A stretch of 64,000 nt of DNA. It comes from Gemmatimonadaceae bacterium. Lineage in GTDB: Bacteria; Gemmatimonadota; Gemmatimonadetes; Gemmatimonadales; Gemmatimonadaceae. How positions within the stretch are numbered: the first letter of the stretch is position 1; the number at the start of each line of letters is the position of its first letter. The stretch is from NCBI GenBank assembly GCA_051005175.1, contig JBPCJP010000171.1:4564-68563 (forward strand), written 5' to 3'. The notes beneath the pieces were generated by a model. That model was not told the DNA's origin and did not search any database. It was given only the letters and a program-made list of their open reading frames with translations. The position numbers and the translations under genes were made by a program. Positions 21,211 to 29,731 of this stretch are shown here, one piece after another.

Positions 21211-21812
21211 GACGGCGTACCGAGAAGGTCCGCGATAACGGCGCGCAGGAATTTCACTCCGTCGAAGGAGCTTTTCTCGGGATGAAACTGAATGCCGATC
21301 GTGGCATGAGACCGCACCACCGCCGCAAACAGGTCATCCTCGTGGCGCGTCCACGCGGTCACGCAGCGGGTGTCAGCCGGCCTCGCGGCGTAACTGTTCG
21401 CGAAATACACATCCTTCGCTCGCAGCGTCCCGGTGAGGGGCTCGCCGAACCCTTCGAGAGAGTTCCAGCCGATGTGGGGAAGGCGCGCGGCTCTGAGGGC
21501 GGTCACCGTGCCGGGAATGAGCCCGATACCGTCTCCCGCTCCCTCTTCGCTGCCATCGAACAGCAGCTGCATGCCGAGGCAGATGCCGATGGCCGGGAGG
21601 CCATCGAGCAGTGCTGAGCGAATCTCGTTTCGCGCAGATCCGAAACTCGAAGCGGCCTGAGGGAAAGCGCCGACGCCTGGCAGGAGCAGGAGGTCGGTGT
21701 TGAGGGCCTGCCGCGGGTCGGATTCGATCGTCACGGTCGTCCCGGGCGCGGCGACGGCCTTGATGAGCGAGTGGAGATTGCCGGCTCCATAATCGAAGAT
21801 CGTCAGGCGCAT
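21207..21812 (-). CDS. hisH: Imidazole glycerol phosphate synthase glutaminase subunit
   Basis: Start MRLTIFDYGAGNL; PGVGAF, GICLGMQ, PHIGWN, QFHPEKS. Confidence 0.94.
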   Translation of the reverse strand: MRLTIFDYGAGNLHSLIKAVAAPGTTVTIESDPRQALNTDLLLLPGVGAFPQAASSFGSARNEIRSALLDGLPAIGICLGMQLLFDGSEEGAGDGIGLIPGTVTALRAARLPHIGWNSLEGFGEPLTGTLRAKDVYFANSYAARPADTRCVTAWTRHEDDLFAAVVRSHATIGIQFHPEKSSFDGVKFLRAVIADLLGTPS

Positions 21813-22876
21813 TCGCTTCTCGCCTGATCGAGAGCATCGAGCGCGCGCTCGACCTGATCCCACGGGCCGACAGATATCCGGATTGCAGCCCCGTCACTGC
21901 GTCGCAATGCCGGTGACACAGCTGGGAGGTTGTCGAAGGGACGGACTGCGACTCCACGCTTCCGCATTCCTGCAGCAATCCGCCGCGCATCGCGGACTGG
22001 CGCGAAAACGAAATTCGCCTCTGAGGGAGCTACTTCGATCTCACGTGCGAGCAACTCCCTTGTCAGTCGGCCGCGATTCGCCACGGTGTCGCGAACGCGC
22101 ATGCGCACCCAGTCAACATCTTCACGAAGTGCGGCGGTCGCTGCCGCGGTCGCGACACCGCTCACCTTGTATGGGCCTCTCGATTTCTCTACCTCCGCGA
22201 TCAATCGCGGGTCACCGATCGCATATCCGACACGCAATCCTGCAAGGCCGAACGCCTTCGAGAGCGTGCGCATTACGATGATGTTGGGGTGCCTGCCGAT
22301 GAGATCGGCGCTGCTTCGTGTGGCGAACTCGACGTACGCCTCATCAACGATTACGATGCCGCGGGATGCGCGTGCGATCCGATCGATCGCCTCGGCCGCG
22401 ATTGTAGTACCCGTCGGATTGTTAGGTGTGCAGATGTAGGTGATTGCCGCCTGAACTGCATTCGTTGACTCCACGTTGACGCCATAGTCTGAATCCAGCG
22501 GCACCAGCACCGGATTCATTCCGTTCATCCGGGCAAAGCTCGGGATCATCGCAAACGATGGATCCGGAATCGCGATTGAGTCGCCCGGCTCACCGAAGGC
22601 GCGTATTGTCGAGTCGATGACGTCGTCGGACCCGCAGCCAGTGGCAATGCATTCAACCGGGACGCCCGCGTAGCCGGAGAGGGCCTGCTTCAGCGATGCC
22701 GCGTATGTCTCGGGATAGCGGGTGAGTGAATCGACGGGAAGTGACCGCAACGCCGCTGCTGCCGCGGGCGGAATCCCGAATCGGCTGGTGTTGTCGCTGA
22801 GATCTATTTCGACCGGCTCGCGTTCAGGTGAATAGAGCTCGAGGCCCGCGTACGCGACGCGCATGAGCGAAGTCAT
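21803..22876 (-). CDS. hisC: Histidinol-phosphate aminotransferase
   Basis: RYP, GSDD, PNNPTG, VDEAYVEF, RTLSKAFGLAGLRVGY. Confidence 0.93.
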   Translation of the reverse strand: MTSLMRVAYAGLELYSPEREPVEIDLSDNTSRFGIPPAAAAALRSLPVDSLTRYPETYAASLKQALSGYAGVPVECIATGCGSDDVIDSTIRAFGEPGDSIAIPDPSFAMIPSFARMNGMNPVLVPLDSDYGVNVESTNAVQAAITYICTPNNPTGTTIAAEAIDRIARASRGIVIVDEAYVEFATRSSADLIGRHPNIIVMRTLSKAFGLAGLRVGYAIGDPRLIAEVEKSRGPYKVSGVATAAATAALREDVDWVRMRVRDTVANRGRLTRELLAREIEVAPSEANFVFAPVRDARRIAAGMRKRGVAVRPFDNLPAVSPALRRSDGAAIRISVGPWDQVERALDALDQARSECA

Positions 22877-24180
22877 CGACTGGCGCTCCAACGCGCAGCC
22901 GCGGCAGCGTGTCCCGGAAGCGACTCCGAGCTCGCAAAGATTGCGACGTCATCGGCGAGTGAGCGCGCGGCTGCCGGCTCTATTGCCTGCCAAGTCGTCC
23001 AGCGGACAAAGTCCGTGGTTGACAGGCCTGAATAGGAGCGCGCGGCGCCTCCGGTTGGCAGTACGTGGTTGGCGCCCGTCATGTAGTCGCCGAATGCAAC
23101 CGATGAGGAGTGTCCGACGAAAACCGTTGCCGCGTTGCGAATCGCCGGCAACACGGCGCCGGGATCGTCCACCGAGAGAAGGAGGTGTTCCGGCGCGTAG
23201 TTCCGCACCAGGTCGGTTGCCTCGTCGATCGTGGAGACGGTGATGACACCGCCCTGTCCCGCAAACGCTTCGAGCACAGTGTCCCGGCGCGCCGCACCAG
23301 TGACTGCGCTATTGATCGCGCGGAGAATACCGGCAGCAACGCTCACTCCCACCGCGACCGCCACGACACAGGCGAGAGGGTCGTGCTCTGCCTGTGCCAG
23401 CATCTCGCCTGCAACAATGTCCGGATCGGCGGTCGCGTCACACACAACCATCAGCTCGCTCGGACCGGCCGGGGCATCGATGGCTGTATCACCTACGACC
23501 AGGAGCTTTGCCGCGGCAACGTATGCATTGCCCGGCCCGACGATCCGGTCAACACGCGGCACGGAGTCGGTTCCGAACGCCATTGCGGCAATTGCACCGG
23601 CGCCTCCGATGGAAAAAACGCGATGTACTCCGGCAAGCTGAGCCGCCGCAAGGACTGTATCGGAGGGAAGAGAATTGGGCCCCGGAGGCGAAGCGAGAAT
23701 CACCTCTCTCACACCTGCGATGCGTGCGGGAACGGCCGCCATAAGGACGCTGCTCGGATAGGCAGCGCGTCCGCCGGGGGCGTAGATGCCGACGCGATCG
23801 AGTGGATCGGGACGCCGGCCGATCGTTATTCCGGGCTCGGGCTGCACGCGCTGAGGCACCGGCTTGAACGCCGAGTGAACCGAATCGAGGTTGCGGATGG
23901 CGCGGTCGAGCGCGCGGCGTAAGTCGCGAGGTGTGCCGTCGAGCGCCCGGCGCATTACCGGCCGCGGAACCTCCAGCGATTCAAGCTCGACTCCATCGAA
24001 CCTCCGAACCTGTTCGCGCAGCGCAACGTCGCCGCGGGCGCGCACATCTGCGACTAGCGATGCCGCGTCACGAACCACAGTGGAATTCGCTTTGGACGAC
24101 CTGTCGACGAGCGCCGCGCGATCGGCAGCGGACAGCGTTGCCCATGGTCCCAGAAAGCGCATCGGTACAGGCGCGCTCAT
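22873..24180 (-). CDS. hisD: Histidinol dehydrogenase
   Basis: GIYAPGG, YPSSVLM, IVGPGNAYV, AGPSE, AQAEH, APEHL, GDY, NHVLPT. Confidence 0.96.
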   Translation of the reverse strand: MSAPVPMRFLGPWATLSAADRAALVDRSSKANSTVVRDAASLVADVRARGDVALREQVRRFDGVELESLEVPRPVMRRALDGTPRDLRRALDRAIRNLDSVHSAFKPVPQRVQPEPGITIGRRPDPLDRVGIYAPGGRAAYPSSVLMAAVPARIAGVREVILASPPGPNSLPSDTVLAAAQLAGVHRVFSIGGAGAIAAMAFGTDSVPRVDRIVGPGNAYVAAAKLLVVGDTAIDAPAGPSELMVVCDATADPDIVAGEMLAQAEHDPLACVVAVAVGVSVAAGILRAINSAVTGAARRDTVLEAFAGQGGVITVSTIDEATDLVRNYAPEHLLLSVDDPGAVLPAIRNAATVFVGHSSSVAFGDYMTGANHVLPTGGAARSYSGLSTTDFVRWTTWQAIEPAAARSLADDVAIFASSESLPGHAAAAARWSASR

Positions 24181-25037
24181 GGTACCAGTCTCTCGATTCG
24201 CGTAACGAGTATCCCCGTCGCACCGGAGGCCCGGAGATCGCTTATCGTGCGATAGACATCGGCAGCCCTGACGACAGCGTGCACCGCGACGTGCTCCCCC
24301 CCATTCAGGATGTCGATGACCGTCGGCCCGTTGAGGCCGGGCAGGATGGTACGGATCTGTGGCAGGAGAGAGCGCGGCACGTTCGCCATGAGATATCGCT
24401 GGCCTTTCGCGCGCACGACCGATTCAAGAGCCGCTATGAAGTCTCCGACAATGGGGTCCGCCGATCTGCCGTTCGTGAGTCCCGTTCGCCCGATCAGCCG
24501 TGCGGTCGAGTCGCTCACCGTGCAGAGCTCGCGCAGGCCATTGACGCGAAGCGTGGATCCTGTTGAAACGAGATCAACGATTATGTCAGCAATGCCGAGG
24601 TGGGGTGCAATTTCGGCGGCGCCCGAAACCGGAACGATGTCGACGATTATATCGTTGTCCTTGAAGTAGCGTGCGGCTGAGCGCGGGAACGCGGTTGCGA
24701 CGCGGGATCCCGACTGCACGTCGGCGATCGTACGGATGTCGCTGTCATCCCGGACTGCGACCGAGAGCCGGCAGCGGCCGAAGCCGAGGTCGAGGAGATC
24801 GAACACGGACCTTCCAGACTCCGCGACGAGATCCCACCCGGTCACCCCGAGATCCGCCGCGCCGTCGGCGACGAACTCCGGAATATCCTCGGCCCTCACG
24901 AAGATCGCTTCGAAGAGACCGCCCAGTGATGCTGACAGCGCGCGCTCGCCACGGACGTTGACGGTGAGCCCCGCATCGTCGAGGAGCTCTCGTGTGTCGT
25001 CGGCCAGCCGGCCCTTGTTTGGAATCGCAATACGCAT
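24177..25037 (-). CDS. hisG: ATP phosphoribosyltransferase, long form
   Basis: True start MRIAIPNKGRL; DIPEFV..G..DLGVTG, DLVSTGSTL, C-terminal regulatory domain (YLMANVP..PTV..GATGILV). Confidence 0.95.
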   Translation of the reverse strand: MRIAIPNKGRLADDTRELLDDAGLTVNVRGERALSASLGGLFEAIFVRAEDIPEFVADGAADLGVTGWDLVAESGRSVFDLLDLGFGRCRLSVAVRDDSDIRTIADVQSGSRVATAFPRSAARYFKDNDIIVDIVPVSGAAEIAPHLGIADIIVDLVSTGSTLRVNGLRELCTVSDSTARLIGRTGLTNGRSADPIVGDFIAALESVVRAKGQRYLMANVPRSLLPQIRTILPGLNGPTVIDILNGGEHVAVHAVVRAADVYRTISDLRASGATGILVTRIERLVP

Positions 25038-25053
25038 CTTGTACCCGAAAATG

Positions 25054-25080
25054 AAAAAGGCCCGTCGATATGACGGGCCC
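25054..25080 (-). terminator. Attenuator (intrinsic terminator) of the his operon leader
   Basis: Minus strand reads GGCCCGTC-ATATC-GACGGGCC-TTTTT, ending 16 nt before the hisG ATG. Confidence 0.85.
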
Positions 25081-25116
25081 ATGAGTGCAACGTACCTGTT
25101 TGCCAGCGGATGTCCG

Positions 25117-25197
25117 CTACGCCAACACGCACGCCTCCCCAGGGCCCGGGCGGCCATGATGATGGAGGTGCGTATGCTGAGTGCGGATCGTTGACAT
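25117..25197 (-). CDS. hisL: His operon leader peptide MSTIRTQHTHLHHHGRPGPGEACVLA (26 aa)
   Basis: Hand-translated ATG(25197)..TAG(25117). Five His codons in seven positions, upstream of the terminator hairpin and hisG. Confidence 0.85.
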   Translation of the reverse strand: MSTIRTQHTHLHHHGRPGPGEACVLA

Positions 25198-25306
25198 GTT
25201 GTATACAACCTAATCGGCGGATGCCTCAAGTCAACGTTCGTTCGATTTCATGCGCGCTCGAGGCGGTCATCCGGCTACATTTGAGCCTTCCAGGGCAAAG
25301 GGTTCG

Positions 25307-26764
25307 ATGACCAACGACGGCAGCTCGAGGGTTGCGGCCAGACGCGTACTTCTCACGGGCGCCACCGGATACATCGGTGGGCGCCTGCTGGCTCTCCTCG
25401 AAGCGAACGGCTGCCTCGTTCGATGCCTGGCCAGACGCCCGGAAGCGTTGCGGCACAAGGTTGGGCCCGCGACGGAAGTAGTTGAAGGCGACGTCCTTGA
25501 TAGATCCACTCTCGATGTCGCGATGGCTGGCGTCGATGCTGCCTACTATCTCGTTCACTCGATGGGATCTGAGTCCTTCGAGGAAGCCGATGTCACGGCC
25601 GCGCGGAACTTTGGCCAGGCGGCCCAGTCGGCCGGAGTCAAGCGGATCATCTACCTCGGCGGTCTTGGCAACGAGGAGGAAGCGCTCTCGCCTCATCTGC
25701 GGAGCCGGCACGAAGTGGGACGGATACTGCGAGAGTGCGATGCGCCGGTGCTCGAGTTTCGCGCGTCGATCGTGATCGGTTCCGGGAGCCTGTCGTTCGA
25801 AATGATCCGCGCCCTGGTAGAGCGCCTCCCGCTCATGATCACGCCGAGGTGGGTGAGCGTGAGGGCGCAGCCGATCGCCATCGAGGATCTCCTGAGGTAT
25901 CTTCTTGCAGCACTGCGAATTCCGGTTGCGCAATACGGCATTTATGAGATTGGCGGAGCGGATCGCGTGAGTTATGCGGACATCATGCGCACGTATGCGC
26001 GCCAGCGGGGGCTCGGACGCGCAATGATTCCGGTGCCATTGCTCACTCCGCGTCTGTCGAGCCTCTGGCTCGGCCTCGTGACACCGTTGTATGCGCGGGT
26101 CGGCCGCAAGCTCGTTGAAAGCATGGTCCACCCGACTGTCGTGCGGAATCCCGCTGCGCTGGCGACGTTCGATATCAGGCCGGTTGGTATTGAGGACGCA
26201 GTGCGGCGGGCTCTTGCGCGAGAGGATCGGGAATTTGGGGAAACACGCTGGTCGGATGCGTTGTCGTCAGCCGGACCCGTTCCCTCCTGGGGCGGAGTTA
26301 CGTTCGGCACCCGACTCGTCGATTCGCGCACGGTGACCGTGAGCGCGCCGGCCGCGACTGCGTTCGCCTCGATCGAAGCCATCGGCGGGAATACCGGATG
26401 GTACGGATTGAATTCCCTGTGGCGAGTTCGTGGCTACCTCGACCTTATCGTCGGTGGTGTCGGCTTGCGACGCGGCAGGCCACATCCTCGCAGGCTCGCG
26501 GTCGGAGATGCGGTTGATTTCTGGCGTGTCGAATCGATCGAGCGTGACCATCGTCTCCGGCTGATTGCGGAAATGAAGCTGCCCGGACGCGCGTGGCTCG
26601 AGTTCGAGGTGACGGGAGAGGGCTCGTCGAGCACGATCCGGCAGACTGCCGTCTTCGACCCGGTGGGATGGCGCGGACTTGCCTACTGGTATGGATTGTA
26701 TCCGCTGCACGAGGCAGTGTTCGCCGCGATGCTGCGCGGAATTGCGAGAAAGGCTTCCGACTAA
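25307..26764 (+). CDS. NAD(P)-binding SDR-like oxidoreductase with C-terminal DUF2867 domain (YbjT-like)
   Basis: TGATGYIG, YYLVHSM, SPHLRSR, GSGSLSFEM; C-terminal GDAVDFWRV, AEMKLPGRAWLEF. Confidence 0.85.
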   Translation: MTNDGSSRVAARRVLLTGATGYIGGRLLALLEANGCLVRCLARRPEALRHKVGPATEVVEGDVLDRSTLDVAMAGVDAAYYLVHSMGSESFEEADVTAARNFGQAAQSAGVKRIIYLGGLGNEEEALSPHLRSRHEVGRILRECDAPVLEFRASIVIGSGSLSFEMIRALVERLPLMITPRWVSVRAQPIAIEDLLRYLLAALRIPVAQYGIYEIGGADRVSYADIMRTYARQRGLGRAMIPVPLLTPRLSSLWLGLVTPLYARVGRKLVESMVHPTVVRNPAALATFDIRPVGIEDAVRRALAREDREFGETRWSDALSSAGPVPSWGGVTFGTRLVDSRTVTVSAPAATAFASIEAIGGNTGWYGLNSLWRVRGYLDLIVGGVGLRRGRPHPRRLAVGDAVDFWRVESIERDHRLRLIAEMKLPGRAWLEFEVTGEGSSSTIRQTAVFDPVGWRGLAYWYGLYPLHEAVFAAMLRGIARKASD

Positions 26765-27168
26765 TGGCTCACCTGGCTCTGGTCGCCCTTGTTGTCCCGG
26801 ATTACGATCCGGCGATCGACTTCTTCGTTCGCAAGCTCGGCTTCGATCTTGTTGAAGATGTCCCGTCCCTAACGAACGACGGCAGGCCAAAGCGGTGGGT
26901 AGTGGTGCGACCACCCGGAGGCACAACCGGAATTCTCCTGGCTCGAGCGGACGGCGAGCTTCAGCAGGCCGTTGTCGGTGCCCAGTTCGCGGGCAGGGTC
27001 GGATTTTTTCTTCGCGTCGACGACTTCGACGCGGCGTTTGCCCGGATGGTTGCGGCGGGAGTTCAGTTCGTCACCTCCCCGCGGACGGAGGCGTACGGCC
27101 AGGTTTGCGTTTTCCTCGACCTTGCCGGAAACCGGTGGGACCTGGTCGGTCCCGACATTGATCGTTAG
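26764..27168 (+). CDS. VOC/glyoxalase family protein
   Basis: TAATG coupling to upstream gene; LVVPDYDPAIDFF, KRWVVV, EAYG..CVFLDLAGNRWDL. Confidence 0.85.
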   Translation: MAHLALVALVVPDYDPAIDFFVRKLGFDLVEDVPSLTNDGRPKRWVVVRPPGGTTGILLARADGELQQAVVGAQFAGRVGFFLRVDDFDAAFARMVAAGVQFVTSPRTEAYGQVCVFLDLAGNRWDLVGPDIDR

Positions 27169-27266
27169 CCGCGGAGAGGAATGCGCCTGACATTGATCGT
27201 CCTGGCTTTTGTCGCTGAGGGACACGAACACTAGACGGAGGTCTTCCGATTGCTTGCGCCGCTGGA

Positions 27267-27627
27267 CGTTAGCAATTAGCGGTAGCTATTCGCTATATGC
27301 TCTTAGCATTAGGATGAACAACGGAATCACCACCGGGGCAGCGGAACGCTTCGACGGGCACAACCGGGATGTCGCTCGGTTACGGGGCCTGCCATTACCG
27401 TTGTTCCAACTTTTATGGCTGACTTCAGGAGCCTTCGTGTCTGGCAGAAGGCGAACAGGCTTTCAGTTGCAACTGCTGAGGTAGCTGAGACCATTCGGGG
27501 CAGCGTGTCGGCGACCATTCTGCGCACTCAACTGCTTCGTGCTACGTTCTCGATTCAGGCCAACATCGCGGAGGGAAGCTCCCTATGCTAACAGCGAAAC
27601 GCGAATAGCTAACGCTAGCAGCTAACG
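27267..27627. repeat. Heptamer-built inverted repeat (43-bp arms, 27267-27309 and 27585-27627) enclosing a four-helix-bundle gene fragment
   Basis: Left arm cgttagc-aattagc-ggtagct-attcgct-atatgct-cttagca vs reverse complement of right arm cgttagc-tgctagc-gttagct-attcgcg-tttcgct-gttagca; 34/43 matches by hand. Confidence 0.8.
27415..27591 (+). pseudogene. 3'-truncated four-helix-bundle (23S rRNA-IVP/Avd-like) gene, 58 aa
   Basis: Hand translation MADFRSLRVWQKA...LRTQLLRATFSIQANIAEGSSLC*. Clear paralogue of 38248-38637 but ends right after NIAEG, at the repeat arm. Confidence 0.85.
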
Positions 27628-28656
27628 ACTACCGCTTTCCTGTCCCGCCCCTCGCCTTATCCCGAGGTTCAGGATCCTCGATACAAGGTCGCCATACGTC
27701 ATCCCAACGAATTCCGCCGCCGACGCGAATTCCTCGCCGTCGGAGATGTCAGGGTTGGGGTTCGCATCAAGAAAGTACGGAACATTGTCGGAACTCAACC
27801 TGAAGTCGATCCGCGCATACCCATCGAGCTCGAGCGTCCGGTAGATGCGCTTGGCAAGCCGCGCAATCCGCTCCGCCACCTCCGGCTCGAGCCCCTCGGC
27901 TTCCTGCAGCACGATTCCGCGCTTCGCTTGATAGTCGAGGTCGTGCTTGGCCTTCGCGGTGGCGATAAGCGGCGCGTTGGCCGGCATGTTCTCGAACACC
28001 AGCTCGAGCGGAGGAAGCGCGACCAGCCGGGCGTTTCCAAGTATGCCAACGTAGATCTCTCGCCCTTTGATGAAACGCTCAGCGATTGCATCAGTACCGA
28101 TACTCTCGTGCACGAAGGCAACGCGTTCCGCCAGTCGTTCATCGTCCTCGACAAGTGACGCCTGCGCGATGCCGTACGATGCATGCTCCATGAGACTCTT
28201 CACGAACAGCGGAAACTCGAGCTTCTTCGGTCGGCGCGTCCGGTGGCCCCGCGGAATGACGAGGAAATCGGGGATAGGAATGCGATGGTACGCGAGGAGC
28301 TTCTTGGAAAGCGACTTGCTGCGCGCGAGAATCAGCCCGCGCGGATTACAACCGGTGTACGGAACGCGCAGGAGCTCGAGCAGGCTGACCACGTTCTGGT
28401 CGAACAGTACGTTGTTGTGAAATTCCTCGAGCAGATTGAACACGACGTGCGGCTTGAATTCCTCGACGGCATCGCGAATGGGAAGGAACTCGTCCTGTAC
28501 GCCGAGGGGTCGCGCTTCGTGCCCGAGTTTACGGAGACACTGCACGATGTCGAATTCGGCCTTGAGGGCGAGCGCATCCTGAGGATCGAGCCCATCCAGC
28601 GAATCCGGCGGAACATGGTCGGGGTGCATCAGCACAAGAACGCGCAGTTTCTTCAC
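27622..28656 (-). CDS. ATP-grasp ligase, D-Ala-D-Ala ligase-like but divergent
   Basis: VFNLLE, VPYTG, FPLFVK, EHASYGI, ERFIKGRE, GYARIDFR, DANPNP. Confidence 0.82.
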   Translation of the reverse strand: MKKLRVLVLMHPDHVPPDSLDGLDPQDALALKAEFDIVQCLRKLGHEARPLGVQDEFLPIRDAVEEFKPHVVFNLLEEFHNNVLFDQNVVSLLELLRVPYTGCNPRGLILARSKSLSKKLLAYHRIPIPDFLVIPRGHRTRRPKKLEFPLFVKSLMEHASYGIAQASLVEDDERLAERVAFVHESIGTDAIAERFIKGREIYVGILGNARLVALPPLELVFENMPANAPLIATAKAKHDLDYQAKRGIVLQEAEGLEPEVAERIARLAKRIYRTLELDGYARIDFRLSSDNVPYFLDANPNPDISDGEEFASAAEFVGMTYGDLVSRILNLGIRRGAGQESGSR

Positions 28657-29690
28657 AGCGCGATCCAGTCGCGGCGGGCTTCGGTGTAGAGGAAGTGCAT
28701 TGTCTTCACTGTGAGAAGAACGGCGAAATCAATCCTGAGCTGACGATCGCCGCCAACCGCGCGCAATCGAAGCTCGCGTGAGCGGCGAAGCATCTGTCCG
28801 AGCACAACGTCGAGCGTGAACTCGTATTCGCCTGTCCACTTTGCGACCATTCTTCTGATCTCCGTGCGATGGCGCCGCAGAAAGCTTGACGCGAGCGGCT
28901 GGTTGCGATGTCCCGGTGAGTCGGAGAAGATGCGCCGCAGGTCGCGGTCGTAGATATCGGGGAGCACTTCGGTGTACTTCGCCTTGCGCTCCTCGTAGTG
29001 CTGCGCGAGGGTCTTCGTAAGCGTGCTGAGTGGCTCGACGCGCTTCCGGGTGGAGATGAGCGGAGGCTGGTCCGCAATCTCACCCATCAGCTCGTCAACG
29101 TACTCTAGTTTCCGGAGAGCGGGCCAGCCGGCATAACGCTTACGCCATTCGCCACGCGGCCGGAGCCAGACAGCGAACGTCTCGGCGAAATCCTCATCCG
29201 GGTGGCTCTGTGCGTACCATAGACGCAGGTGCTGCACGTAGCGCTTGCTCGCGGGATTGGGCCGGTAGTAGTCAGGATAGCGCGCTGATGACTTGCCGAA
29301 GAGACGCTGCCACTCGCGGCGGCGCTGGAGCTGGTAGCCGTGCTGAATCGCGTGTCCGGCCTCGTGCCGCATTATGCGCGTGAACTCGCTGCGGGTGCCG
29401 CCTTCGACATCCAGCATCTGGCTGCGTTCCAGCCGGATGAGACGGGGGTGCGCGAGATAGAACGGGATGGCGAAACCGGGAACACCCTGCGGTGAGAACC
29501 ATTCCTCGGAAAGCCAGATGTGCGGGCGAAGACGGAAGCCCCGGCGCTCCAGCGTGTCGTACAGCGCATCGACGCGCGGCTCGAGCCAGGTCCCTTCAAT
29601 AGAAAGGCCAAGGTCCTTAATGCGGAGCTGAAGCAGTTTTTCGGTGGACCAGGTGGCCCAGGGGAATCGGCGGGTCGTTATTGGGGACAT
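28653..29690 (-). CDS. Putative zinc-binding metallopeptidase (zincin-like)
   Basis: HEAGH (HExxH) and YAQSHPDEDFAETFAVW motifs; overlaps the ATP-grasp start. Confidence 0.8.
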   Translation of the reverse strand: MSPITTRRFPWATWSTEKLLQLRIKDLGLSIEGTWLEPRVDALYDTLERRGFRLRPHIWLSEEWFSPQGVPGFAIPFYLAHPRLIRLERSQMLDVEGGTRSEFTRIMRHEAGHAIQHGYQLQRRREWQRLFGKSSARYPDYYRPNPASKRYVQHLRLWYAQSHPDEDFAETFAVWLRPRGEWRKRYAGWPALRKLEYVDELMGEIADQPPLISTRKRVEPLSTLTKTLAQHYEERKAKYTEVLPDIYDRDLRRIFSDSPGHRNQPLASSFLRRHRTEIRRMVAKWTGEYEFTLDVVLGQMLRRSRELRLRAVGGDRQLRIDFAVLLTVKTMHFLYTEARRDWIAL

Positions 29691-29731
29691 TTCCCCTTAT
29701 TGGATTGTGAGGAAGGTGGTTCGCTGCGAAT

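Noticed and set aside
25038-25229. N-terminal extension of HisG
   Set aside because: Runs through the attenuator and leader peptide; homology begins at MRIAIPNKG.
27622-28656. Housekeeping ddl or van-type ligase
   Set aside because: Divergent C-terminal motif, peptidase partner, and no mur or van neighbours.
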